Part shown: one piece after another, positions 31,680 to 41,311 of the stretch
How positions within the stretch are numbered: position 1 is the stretch's first letter
Layout of the letters: every line of letters begins with the position of its first letter
Source: Sulfolobales archaeon
Lineage (GTDB): Archaea; Thermoproteota; Thermoprotei_A; Sulfolobales; AG1
Assembly: GCA_038867615.1 (NCBI GenBank)
Contig: JAWBYA010000004.1
Span: forward strand, 163,323-227,322
Length of the DNA: 64,000 bases
Reading direction: 5' to 3'
Notes under the pieces: model-generated
The model's database searches: none
The model's input: the letters and a program-made list of their open reading frames with translations, nothing else
Told to the model about the DNA's origin: nothing
Program-made: the position numbers and the translations under genes

Positions 31680-33371
31680 TTGACGTTTGTAAAAAGCCGG
31701 GAGCCTGTGAACTATGTATTCCTGCTATCCCTGGTGCTCACCTACTCACCTATATTGCCTTTGCTTCGTCTCGATGTTTTTGGCTATATAGCTGCCCTAT
31801 CTCTCTTACTAGCATTGCTAGCAGCGATTCTATATATAAGTATCTCCCGCTTTCCACTAGATCTAATGATACTTACTGCTCCAGCAGCGTTGTTAGGGGC
31901 TACAGCTAGTTATAACACCACATACAAGCTGATTGCGAGAAGCCCCATGCCCGATGCTGTTCTCCCCATAGCAATAGGATCTATTGTATATATAGTGCTA
32001 ATGACAGCCAGAATAGCGCTTAGGAAAAGACAATCAGCACCGAGAGAGACGACAGAACCCACCGAGATACTGAGAAGGGTCTTTAGAAGCCTGAGTAGCA
32101 GGCTCGACGCTATCTTGATCTCTCTAGGTGTTTCGTTGATGACTATATCTGCTATAGATATGATGCTCGTTCTCACACGCGTGGTGAGAGATCCAGTATA
32201 TCTATACAACCCGCTTATAGTAGCAGGATCTATAGTCTCAAGCATGATGATCGATAGGGTTTCTCCTACTAAAGTAATTATGCCGGCCGCCTCTTGGGCG
32301 TCTGTTGTTCTCCTCTACAGCAGTATAAGATCTCGGGCTGCCATAGGGCTATTAAAAGAGGGCCGCAGGACTATAAAAATACACGGCCTGGTGTCAAGCG
32401 AAGGCGATGTCGAGCTACCCCTTGACACTAGATCCTCACCACACATTATAATCAGTGGGAGCACGGGGAGTGGGAAAACAACACTGTGCAGGATTCTTGC
32501 CAAGTCGTTTAGGGAAGAGGGGATGGGAGTGATCGTGATAGACCATCACGGGGAATATACAGGCCTTGAGGGATACTTGATCCTTGATGCTTCTGATACG
32601 TCGCCCCAGATAATGCCATACCCGCCGGAAGAGCCTAGGGTTCTTGAGCTTGTTGACAGCATAGGAAGGATCTTCAGGCTTGGAGCGTTACAGGTTTCAA
32701 TGTTAACAATGATTGCCCAGGAGATGGTGAGGAGGGGTGGTAGAAGCTTTAACGACCTCTTAAGAGTGGCGGAAGATATGTTCTCCAAAGCTGAAGATCC
32801 CCAATCGAGGGATATAATTGCGAGTCTATTACCATACCTAAGGATCCTTGCCACACATATTAGAGGAAAGCCAATAGATCTTGAAAAGATGCTCTCAAGC
32901 GGCGTGAAACATATCGTGTTTAATATGAGCACTGTAGGATCTGACTACGCATCAATGATCTATGCTGAGTATGTTTTGAAACAGATATGGCGATATAAAG
33001 TCAAGGAAGGGCAGAGAAGAGAAGTAGATCTCGTGATCATTATAGATGAGGTTCACAACATCCTCAGAGGATCGTCTGAAGAGTTCTTGTCAAGGATCTT
33101 TAGGGAGAGCAGGAAGTATGGGTTATCACTAGTAATATCCACCCAGCAATTTGAGAAACTATCACAAGTATTAGTTAATAATACCGATAATTTCTTCTTC
33201 CTAAGACACACAGACCCCAGAGTAGTGGATAAAATAACACTACTAATAGAAGGGAGAAGCGGTAGAGGGGATATAGCCAGTATAATAAGATCTCTTAAAC
33301 CGCTCGAGGGAGTCTTATACATTGCAAGAAGTGGACTGATACTCAAAGTAAGTATAAATGCTGATAGATAG
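31680..33371 (+). CDS. Multi-TM membrane protein fused to HerA/VirB4-like (DUF87) ATPase
   Basis: About 6 N-terminal TM segments, HIIISGSTGSGKT Walker A, IDHHGEY, IIIDEVH Walker B and ESRKYG...STQ. Confidence 0.85.
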   Translation: MTFVKSREPVNYVFLLSLVLTYSPILPLLRLDVFGYIAALSLLLALLAAILYISISRFPLDLMILTAPAALLGATASYNTTYKLIARSPMPDAVLPIAIGSIVYIVLMTARIALRKRQSAPRETTEPTEILRRVFRSLSSRLDAILISLGVSLMTISAIDMMLVLTRVVRDPVYLYNPLIVAGSIVSSMMIDRVSPTKVIMPAASWASVVLLYSSIRSRAAIGLLKEGRRTIKIHGLVSSEGDVELPLDTRSSPHIIISGSTGSGKTTLCRILAKSFREEGMGVIVIDHHGEYTGLEGYLILDASDTSPQIMPYPPEEPRVLELVDSIGRIFRLGALQVSMLTMIAQEMVRRGGRSFNDLLRVAEDMFSKAEDPQSRDIIASLLPYLRILATHIRGKPIDLEKMLSSGVKHIVFNMSTVGSDYASMIYAEYVLKQIWRYKVKEGQRREVDLVIIIDEVHNILRGSSEEFLSRIFRESRKYGLSLVISTQQFEKLSQVLVNNTDNFFFLRHTDPRVVDKITLLIEGRSGRGDIASIIRSLKPLEGVLYIARSGLILKVSINADR

Positions 33372-33477
33372 TGATCATCCATACTACTGTCTATGCCTTG
33401 TTTTATCTAGCAGCACCTCTTTGAACACCTATATATGGATGGGTAATCCATATATACCTCCTAACACATTTCCCCTG

Positions 33478-34431
33478 GTGAGGGCTCTGGTCAAAAAGAT
33501 TGTGACCACGGAACCAGCTTCGACAGAAACTATCGCCTATCTAGATGGGGGCGTTGATAGAATAGCCGGTGTTAGTGACAAATGTGACCATCCCTATGAG
33601 GTTATGGTAAAGCCTAAGGTGGTTAGAACATTGCTTAAGATAGACGAGAACCTATCATCCAACGAGATCGATAGGATCTATAGGGAGTATGTTAGAAGCG
33701 GTAAACCCCTCTACGAGATCGACTGGGGTTTGATAGAAGATATAGATCCCGATCTAATTGTTGGACAAACACTGTGTAGCGTCTGCGCCTTCCCACTCCT
33801 CTCCCCCCTCGGCTCGAGTATTAATGCTAAGATGCCCGCCATGGTTATTAAGCATGCACAGCGCTTTAAGAGCCTCAGACCAAGAATGATCGCAACATAT
33901 AGCCCCAAAACATTCTTAGGAATAGCTAGGGAGGCCCTTGCAATCTCGAGGATTATTGGTAGAGAGGAAAGGGGGCTGAGAATGTTCTGGGAGTTCCAGA
34001 GAGCTCTTGAAGAGCTGAGAGGTCTTGGCAATAATTCCAGAACGCTCTTGATCGAATGGCTAAAACCTCTACATATTGGGGGCTTATGGGTTAGTGATCT
34101 TATAGAGGCCTCGGGTTCGAGAAGCATCTTAAGGGCTGGTGAGGAGGGAAGAGCTATTGAGTGGGAGTTGGTGAAGAAATTCGACCCCGATTTGATCCTA
34201 ATCTCCCCATGTGGTCTTAATATAGAGAGGACGGTGCGCGAGATAGATCTTATCGCCAAGATGCCGGGGTGGAGCGAGCTCAAGGCTGTGAGAAGTAAGA
34301 GGGTATATGTGGTAGACTCAGCCTATGTATCCAGGCCGGGTCCGAGGGTGATTAGGTTGGCTAAGCTCCTAGTAGATCTATATAGTGGTAGTGATTTCGA
34401 CAAGGAGGTGGCTATAAATATATATGATTAG
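33478..34431 (+). CDS. BtuF-like cobalamin/siderophore-binding protein, no signal peptide
   Basis: PASTE, GVSDKCDHP, PDLIVGQTLCSVCA, IEWLKP and SRPGPR motifs. Start uncertain. Confidence 0.8.
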   Translation: MRALVKKIVTTEPASTETIAYLDGGVDRIAGVSDKCDHPYEVMVKPKVVRTLLKIDENLSSNEIDRIYREYVRSGKPLYEIDWGLIEDIDPDLIVGQTLCSVCAFPLLSPLGSSINAKMPAMVIKHAQRFKSLRPRMIATYSPKTFLGIAREALAISRIIGREERGLRMFWEFQRALEELRGLGNNSRTLLIEWLKPLHIGGLWVSDLIEASGSRSILRAGEEGRAIEWELVKKFDPDLILISPCGLNIERTVREIDLIAKMPGWSELKAVRSKRVYVVDSAYVSRPGPRVIRLAKLLVDLYSGSDFDKEVAINIYD

Positions 34432-34476
34432 CTAGGGGAAATAAAGGGTTAGAATTGGCTGGTTAAAAAACCTATT

Positions 34477-36138
34477 TTAGCCGAAAGGCTTTAGCCCTTC
34501 AGGGGTTATGCATAGAACCGGTGACAAGCCCCTGCTCAGTATTTCGAACAATGGTAGGGAATATGCTATTACTATGAGCACTATAGCTATTAATACCCAG
34601 ATACCGATCCTATCATATATTGTTGCTTTCTCATAACCATTACCATTTCTTAGGAGAGACGCTCCGTCGAGCTGGGCTACGCGTTTTCCAACAAGCGGTG
34701 TTAAGGTTACATTTGATATGAAGAGCACACCGGAGATCCAGAATAAGAGCCCTCCGATCATTCCGATAAAGAGCAAGGGATCCCAGATGTTCGGTGCTAA
34801 TCCACCGTACGAGGAATCATAGGTTCTTCTAGGAGCTCCATATATACCTGCTATGTGGTATGCTATGGAGAATACCATCATGCCTATAAACCATAGGTAT
34901 GGCTGGATCCTAGCCATACCCATGCTCGCAATACTCCTCCCAAACATGACTGGTAGTAGGAGGTATGAGAGCGCTATAAAGGTAAGTGTAACAGCACCGC
35001 CTACAGTGGTATGGAAGTGACCAACGATCCATGTTGTGTTATGCACAACATTGTTGAGATTGAGGCTCGCGTTAACCATGCCTCCGAAGCCTCCAACTCC
35101 TAGGAGGATAAACGCTAATACCATGCCCGAGAACACAGGATCCCTCCATGGGAGCTTAGCTATCCATCCGAAAAGCCCGTCGCCCCCTCTTAAAGCACCC
35201 GCATTGGCAAGGGTCATTACTATATTGAAGGCCGTTAGGAAGCTGCCCAGGGCTACTGCGTAGGTTAGCACTGTGTGGAGCACTTTGAAGGAAACATCCA
35301 GCCCAGGGTCTGCAAATTGGTGATGAAGCCCTACAGGTGTTGATGCTAGTATGAAGATCACAAATGCCAGCTTGGCAGCTCTAGGCGAGTAGAGCTCTGT
35401 ATTAAGGATTCTGGGTAGAACAGCATACCACGCTGTTATTGCTGGGACGAGCCAGAAGTATACAAGTGGGTGTCCAAAGTACCAGAATAGGGTTCTATCG
35501 AGAAGAACATCGACTCTTTTCCCGAAGAGAGACATCGGTATAAGATCGTATATCACCTCTATAGCAAGTCCTGGGGTTGCCTCAAGCCATATGATTAGCG
35601 TTGCCAGAACCCCGAATGTTCCGAGCGGTATTGCGGCACCTTTGTTCTCCCTCATCCACCTTATAAACACGTCGAAAACAGCTGCAGCAAAGACCCATGA
35701 GCCAATAACTACAAGAGCCAACCCGATATAGAATGCCGGGTGGGCTAGAAGCGGTGGGTAGAAAGTGTAGAGAACAGCACCCATGCTTGGCTGCCCAATC
35801 AATAGACCGCCTACTATCGGGTATGCTGCTACTACAGAGCCTATGATTGCCAGCACAGCTGCCAAGGCTAGAAGGGATCTCCTAAATGGTTTTCCAAGCT
35901 CGCTTGACACCACGAATACTGCTAACCCTAGTATGAAGAAGGCTGTCCATAGTATTGCTATAAATACCCCATGTCCTGTTAATACAGCATAGTATTGTGG
36001 CTCGTCGACAAGCTTTGGAGCACCCGGGGTTCTGCTTACTAGCTGTAAGAGTCCGAAGAGGCCTCCAAGCGCTAGGAGTATGTATGAGAATGCGATCGAG
36101 ACCTTTATAAATGTTCTCTCACTTATCAAGAGGATCAC
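34477..36138 (-). CDS. cbaA: ba3-type (family B) heme-copper oxidase subunit I
   Basis: TGHG, WYFGHPLVY, GLHH, GHFH and GAPRRT motifs; about 13 TM helices. Confidence 0.95.
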   Translation of the reverse strand: MILLISERTFIKVSIAFSYILLALGGLFGLLQLVSRTPGAPKLVDEPQYYAVLTGHGVFIAILWTAFFILGLAVFVVSSELGKPFRRSLLALAAVLAIIGSVVAAYPIVGGLLIGQPSMGAVLYTFYPPLLAHPAFYIGLALVVIGSWVFAAAVFDVFIRWMRENKGAAIPLGTFGVLATLIIWLEATPGLAIEVIYDLIPMSLFGKRVDVLLDRTLFWYFGHPLVYFWLVPAITAWYAVLPRILNTELYSPRAAKLAFVIFILASTPVGLHHQFADPGLDVSFKVLHTVLTYAVALGSFLTAFNIVMTLANAGALRGGDGLFGWIAKLPWRDPVFSGMVLAFILLGVGGFGGMVNASLNLNNVVHNTTWIVGHFHTTVGGAVTLTFIALSYLLLPVMFGRSIASMGMARIQPYLWFIGMMVFSIAYHIAGIYGAPRRTYDSSYGGLAPNIWDPLLFIGMIGGLLFWISGVLFISNVTLTPLVGKRVAQLDGASLLRNGNGYEKATIYDRIGIWVLIAIVLIVIAYSLPLFEILSRGLSPVLCITPEGLKPFG

Positions 36139-36596
36139 CTCCTTATAACGATCTCCATGTACATGGCTGAATGACCTATCCCGCAGTACTCATTACATAT
36201 CGCTAGCATGGTTCCGTTGACGCTTTGATGGGGCTTCCACACAATAGTAGTTATATATCCTGGAAGTATCATGGCGTTAACGTTTGTACCTACGATCTGG
36301 AAACCGTGGATTACATCTATGCTATAGATCCTTATCACAACCTCTTTAGGATTATAGAGCTCTACCTTCGAAGGCCTGAAGCCCCACTGATATGCTATTA
36401 TATCTACCTGATACCTACCGCCCCCAAGATCTTTCACGCCAGGCTGGAAAAGTCCTGGGGCCTTCTCCGGTGGGAGCACTGTTGCCTCGCTAGCAACACC
36501 ATACCCTGTTCTTAAAGCATACGCTATAGATCCTAGGAGGATCACCAGCACGATTAGAACCGAAACTAGCCAGAACTTCTCTCTCCTATCGACCAT
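36135..36596 (-). CDS. cbaB: ba3-type oxidase subunit II (CuA)
   Basis: One TM helix, DVIHGF and CNEYCGIGHSAM CuA motif. Confidence 0.95.
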   Translation of the reverse strand: MVDRREKFWLVSVLIVLVILLGSIAYALRTGYGVASEATVLPPEKAPGLFQPGVKDLGGGRYQVDIIAYQWGFRPSKVELYNPKEVVIRIYSIDVIHGFQIVGTNVNAMILPGYITTIVWKPHQSVNGTMLAICNEYCGIGHSAMYMEIVIRR

Positions 36597-36600
36597 ACCA

Positions 36601-36732
36601 TCACCCCACAGGACCCCTGCTCACCAATACTGCATATACAGCAAACCACACTGCCACAAGTATTGCTAGGAATGTATAGAGCAGGATAAACGCTCCTTTA
36701 TACCCTCTCCCAGTTGGTTCTTTCTTAGACAC
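36601..36732 (-). CDS. ba3-type oxidase subunit IIa (43 aa, not in ORF track)
   Basis: GTG start, MSKKEPTGRGYKGAFILLYTFLAILVAVWFAVYAVLVSRGPVG*, with the KGA...W..VY....RG pattern of Thermus subunit IIa. First gene of the operon. Confidence 0.88.
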   Translation of the reverse strand: MSKKEPTGRGYKGAFILLYTFLAILVAVWFAVYAVLVSRGPVG

Positions 36733-36776
36733 CCTAACCCCCTAGCTTCACATACAGGGTTTCCTAATAAGGCAGT

Positions 36777-36795
36777 ATGCTAACAGTGTTAGCAT
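36777..36795. promoter_or_regulatory. Perfect 9-1-9 palindrome, putative operator of the oxidase operon
   Basis: ATGCTAACA-G-TGTTAGCAT, a few bases upstream of the minus-strand TATA-like CTTATTAG (about 36764-36771). Confidence 0.55.
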
Positions 36796-37250
36796 TGCAG
36801 ATGAGAACCGGTTCCAAGCTATACCGCCTCTGATGAGCATACATGATCTTAAGCCTATTACGTTTGCCACCGGATACCTATTCTGCCTCTCATATCTAAA
36901 GACTTCATCTAAGCCCTCAGGGGAGCCTTTTCCGCGATTCATAGTTCGTCGTGAACCCGACAATCGGGCTTCTATCTATATGTACTCTAAATGTTTAGAA
37001 TGTACCCACATCACTACCATGGCATATATTCCCCTACAAACCTCTCCAATCAAAAGTCATGAGTCAAACATCTATCTGTGGAATCCTATTGATCACGTCT
37101 ATAGCAAAGCTGGGCAGTAGAAATTTCAAAATCTATGTCTCCAATATCTGGGCTCGAAACTTTATTTAAATTTATGCAAGAGCATATAGATCTATAAGAA
37201 TGAATAGCAACCCTTATAACTTCCTTGTACTTCATAGATCGGGCCTCGCA

Positions 37251-37841
37251 TTGTATGTTTTAGAGGTTGTTTATGCGATCCCATGCCCATGGAGATCTTT
37301 AATTAATGGTGAGGTTAGGATCTTGAGCTGTAGGCCTTGGGGGGAAAGGGGCTCCAGTGTATTGATAAAACTCAAAGGATCTATAGATCAGGAGAAAATC
37401 ACAGGAAAAAATCTACGTATAACCTCTATGTATAGATTGAGAGACGGTCAGTCGCTTGTTATTCTTAGAACCAATTCATGTCCATGCAGAATCTCTGGCC
37501 TCAACGAAATGCACATAGTATCATCAAGAATAGATGCCGGCCTCATCAAGGTGAGGATGATCTGCGAGAATAAGAGCGAGGCCAAAAATCTACTTTCAAA
37601 GATGAAGGCCTCAGGGATCCGTATCATTAGTGCCAAGCTTAGAACCATCAGAGAGGAAGATATACTTACCCCGAGACAGGAGGAGGCGCTGATACTGGGC
37701 TTTATTAAGGGGTATTTTGATAACCCGAGAAGAATAGATCTGGGTGCTCTGAGTAAAGAGCTAGGGGTATCCAAGCCAACCGCCTATTCGATGATCAAGA
37801 GAGCCATTAGGAAACTGATCAGACAAGCATTATATATATGA
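37251..37841 (+). CDS. HTH_10 (Bat-type) transcriptional regulator
   Basis: C-terminal LTPRQEEAL...GYFDNPRRIDL..LSKELGVSKPT. Confidence 0.9.
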   Translation: MYVLEVVYAIPCPWRSLINGEVRILSCRPWGERGSSVLIKLKGSIDQEKITGKNLRITSMYRLRDGQSLVILRTNSCPCRISGLNEMHIVSSRIDAGLIKVRMICENKSEAKNLLSKMKASGIRIISAKLRTIREEDILTPRQEEALILGFIKGYFDNPRRIDLGALSKELGVSKPTAYSMIKRAIRKLIRQALYI

Positions 37842-38516
37842 ATCACATACATTACAATTCCAGCCAAACCTCCCAGCTTATTGAAGATCTTAACGAAGAC
37901 TCTATAAAATTCTGCTTATACTAATGAGAGCTCTATACATAGTTATCCACACCCAATACCTTCACTATAAACACAGATGCAATATGGATTCACGGATCCA
38001 TAAAGTATATGCTAATCAGAATAAAAGGCACGTCAGTAGTTTATAAACAGCCAGCCCTTCCTATTTCTTTAACATCTACCCTATGGTGGTACTAGTAATA
38101 GGCAATACCGCTGTTTCCTTTCAATTCTATAATAGATCTAACTGAAGGGTTTTGGTTAGCTTCTAGCCCAGTGGCATCGGGGTTTCCATCTACGTTCAAG
38201 AGAACATCCATGGGTTGATTATCGCATTACTCTATCCCATCTGGGGCTAATATGAGAACTAACCCATAAACAAATCATCTCAACCAAGAACTACAAATAC
38301 CTCCTACAAATACCAATAAGAAGAAAACAGCACAAATACACGGCAACAATGTAACGACAAGAGCTACAAATGAGACCCAACGGGCTACATGATCCGTGGG
38401 AGATAGAGACCCATCAGAACGAACGGAGATCCTACGATAGCCAGCAAGACGCCAAAAGGCGCCGAGAAACAAATAAAAATGGAAACATAATACTCTATGA
38501 TGGATGACAAAGACAT

Positions 38517-38565
38517 ATGATGAGGCCTGTGCACACAGAGTGGTGATGAATTTTCTCCATTCTGA
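38517..38565 (+). ncRNA. Box C/D guide sRNA; D' guide complementary to 23S rRNA
   Basis: ATGATGA-GGCCTGTGCACA-CAGA-GTGG-TGATGA-ATTTTCTCCATT-CTGA. The D' guide pairs over 11 bp with 23S at window 63702-63712. Confidence 0.88.
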
Positions 38566-39088
38566 AAAATTATTGTATGTCTAGTTGCGTATGGGGTTCA
38601 GGTTTCATAGCGATTGTCTTTGTATACCAACAGCTCTTCCCATGGCTTCACTGCTCTCAGACCCCCACTCTCGTCGGAGTCCGTATCCTTGGATCCCACC
38701 TGCCTAGAGTGACCCTGTTCATAGCCTCCCTTTATACAATATACCTGCATTATCGCATGGAAACCCCCCTTACCCTGATTTTTACCTCACTCGTTAGGAT
38801 CTTTGTCTACACTATGTCGCGAACCGGCATGCCTACAAGTGCTCTAAAGCTCAGGATTATACTAATGCAAAACTACGATAATCCAATATCATCCCTTATA
38901 AACCTTCACGAAAAACAAACCAGCTGGCTCTAGCTATAATATTTCGTGCCACACGGATAGGATTCGTTATGGTTATTATCTCACACTTATTATGGCTTTG
39001 TATATTTTTTATAATGATTCGCGGCTAATACCGGGACTACCATGATGAACATATAAAATATTTTTGGAATTAATTATTTGGTGGGCCC

Positions 39089-40051
39089 ATGTTTTCCGGA
39101 CCGGGTGAGCAGATAGATGCTATGGCATCGCCAAGGATAGCCCAGATCCCCACGTTCGCAAGACTCCCATTCATCAGGAATCCTGATCCTCGGGTTACCA
39201 GTGGCGTGTTCTTAGGAGTCCCGTTCGATGGTGGTATTACCTATTATAGCGGTGCGAGGCTCGGGCCAACATATATAAGGATAGAATCGAGGTTATTGAG
39301 ACCATATAACTATGCTCTCAAAATATATCCCTTCAAGGTCTTGGGTGCTGTTGACTATGGCGACATAGATGTAATACCAACCAATGTTGAGAAAACACTA
39401 AACTCTATAGAGGAAACTATTAGAGATCTTGACTCTAAAGGGATAACCCCCTTTATAGCTGGTGGTGATCACAGCATAAGCTTAGGCATTCTAAGAGGCC
39501 TATCTAGACACAAACCTACCCTGATACACTTCGATAGCCATCTAGACTACTGGGATCAATACTGGGGCGGGGAGAGATATACACATGGAACATGGGTCAA
39601 AAGAGCGATAGAAGAGGGTATAGTGAGTAGCGTGGTTCAAATAGGCATACGAGGACCACAATATAGCGAAGAAGACCTAAAATTCCCTGAGAAATCCCCA
39701 GTACCCCTAACAATAATAACAATGGACGAAGCAACATACCATGGAGTAACGTGGCTATCAAGCAGACTGAAGAGTCTTAAGGGGAAGATATACATATCGA
39801 TCGACATAGATGTAGTGGACCCGGCATTTGCGCCTGGTACAGGAACTAGGGAGGTTGGTGGTTTCACTCCGAGAGAGCTCATATCGATCCTAAGATCCCT
39901 ATCCGAGGCAGAAGTAGAGATAGTCGGCATTGATGTGGTAGAAGTAAGCCCACCACTAGACCACTCAGGAATAACGAGCCTACTAGCAGCTAATCTCATA
40001 TACGAGGCCATGTCCGTAAAAGCCTTTCAAACAGCTAGGAAAAGACCTTAA
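39089..40051 (+). CDS. speB: Agmatinase (ureohydrolase family)
   Basis: GGDHS, DSHLD, HGT, SIDIDVVDPAFAPGTGT and DVVEVSP motifs. Confidence 0.92.
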   Translation: MFSGPGEQIDAMASPRIAQIPTFARLPFIRNPDPRVTSGVFLGVPFDGGITYYSGARLGPTYIRIESRLLRPYNYALKIYPFKVLGAVDYGDIDVIPTNVEKTLNSIEETIRDLDSKGITPFIAGGDHSISLGILRGLSRHKPTLIHFDSHLDYWDQYWGGERYTHGTWVKRAIEEGIVSSVVQIGIRGPQYSEEDLKFPEKSPVPLTIITMDEATYHGVTWLSSRLKSLKGKIYISIDIDVVDPAFAPGTGTREVGGFTPRELISILRSLSEAEVEIVGIDVVEVSPPLDHSGITSLLAANLIYEAMSVKAFQTARKRP

Positions 40052-40282
40052 CCCAATGCCCTGAGAACCGGGATGGAGATTTAGCCCTCATAAGATCGCG
40101 ATTGCCCCTATATGTCTAGATATATAAGATCATCTATATCTATTGCCAGAAGAGCATCAAGAATCTTCGACACCGGCTCCCCCTAAAATCTATCTACGGG
40201 CATAGATCTGCCGGGGTTGATCGACATGCCGGGAGGAGTCTTCCCACCATAACATGGAATAGAAAGAACGCCGAAACTCTTT

Positions 40283-40579
40283 TCAGTGAGTGGTCTCTCT
40301 AGACGTCTCGAGGGTTTTTACCGCGGTATATATTAGGTAGATATACGAGTTTATAGCAGCTCTAAGACTCGGTATATCACGGGAATAGATCTCAATAATG
40401 TATCTCTCCCTATCGCGATACGCGATCACACCCACTCTCTTGAGGTTTGGCGGTGTTTCTATCTCTGGAGCTAGCGCCTCATATATTATTCCAACTATAT
40501 TGCTCTCTCCCACGACCTCTATCTTTGCCCTATATCTCTTTTTCTCTATATGCTTCTCTGATCCCGATTCTGGGTCCAC
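40283..40579 (-). CDS. pcc1: KEOPS complex subunit Pcc1
   Basis: IYEALAPE...SRDIPSLRAAINSY; follows brix as in the conserved gene order. Start uncertain. Confidence 0.88.
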   Translation of the reverse strand: MDPESGSEKHIEKKRYRAKIEVVGESNIVGIIYEALAPEIETPPNLKRVGVIAYRDRERYIIEIYSRDIPSLRAAINSYIYLIYTAVKTLETSRETTH

Positions 40580-41084
40580 AGATTCTTCCCCCCTTTGAGA
40601 ACCATATATAAATCTTCTCATCACTTACTTCTATATGTATCTTCTCATCAAAGGATCTATTGCTATCATGCCGAGCCCCGAGGATCGTGCTAAATATATC
40701 TATTAGAACTCCACATATGTCTGCCCCACACTTTCCTGAATCTATCTGCGGCGATCTGAAGAAGCAATTAGGCACACCCTGCTCTCTACTAAGCTTTATA
40801 GAGGAGATATAGAGAGACCCTATCTTTTTAAGCACATCTCCTTCCCTTATATACACATCAACCCTGCCTGGGTTGGCTTTCCACGTGTTAACTATTATGA
40901 GCACGCTGTAGCCCGTTAACCTCATCAGATCCCTAAGATCTTCAAGACTCTTCTTCCCCCTATTAATCCTCGTCGCTCCCGGAAGAGTCTTTGCCAGATC
41001 GTTAACGAAAGACCTAACTCTCCTCGAAGGCCTATGGCTCGATGTTACCAGAACCTCCCCACCGCGTTTCTCCGTCTCTCCCAC
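40530..41084 (-). CDS. Brix-domain ribosome biogenesis protein
   Basis: VTSSHRPSRRVRSF, NRGKKSL, KANPG and GPRI motifs. The start is likely GTG 41084; the longer ORF runs into remnant F. Confidence 0.88.
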   Translation of the reverse strand: MGETEKRGGEVLVTSSHRPSRRVRSFVNDLAKTLPGATRINRGKKSLEDLRDLMRLTGYSVLIIVNTWKANPGRVDVYIREGDVLKKIGSLYISSIKLSREQGVPNCFFRSPQIDSGKCGADICGVLIDIFSTILGARHDSNRSFDEKIHIEVSDEKIYIWFSKGGRICGPRIGIREAYREKEI

Positions 41085-41265
41085 TCGTTTGTCCCTAGAT
41101 ATTCTTTGATGTTCTTTTATATCCGGGGATCCCTGCCCAGCTGCAGAGATATCTCGTACTTCGGGTTCATGGGTTGCTATTGAGCCCGACGTCATGGGGC
41201 TGCCATCTACCAAGATATAACCCTTAAGAAGGTTGAAGCTGTGTTCCCAACACCCGGAGGCGGAT
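41085..41265 (-). mobile_element. tnpB 3'-end/omega-RNA-like remnant, copy F
   Basis: Minus strand GGGTGTTGGGAACAC...GATGGCAGCCCC...GGCTCAATAGCAACCCATGAACCC...TCTAGGGACAAACGA; translates DGSPMTSGSIATHEP. Confidence 0.7.
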
Positions 41266-41311
41266 CGAAGTGCTCATAGCCAAAACCATATAGATCAAAT
41301 TCGTTCAATAG

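Noticed and set aside
38275-38933. ORFs 38275-38472(-) and 38577-38933(+)
   Set aside because: Atypical composition and no recognisable motifs.
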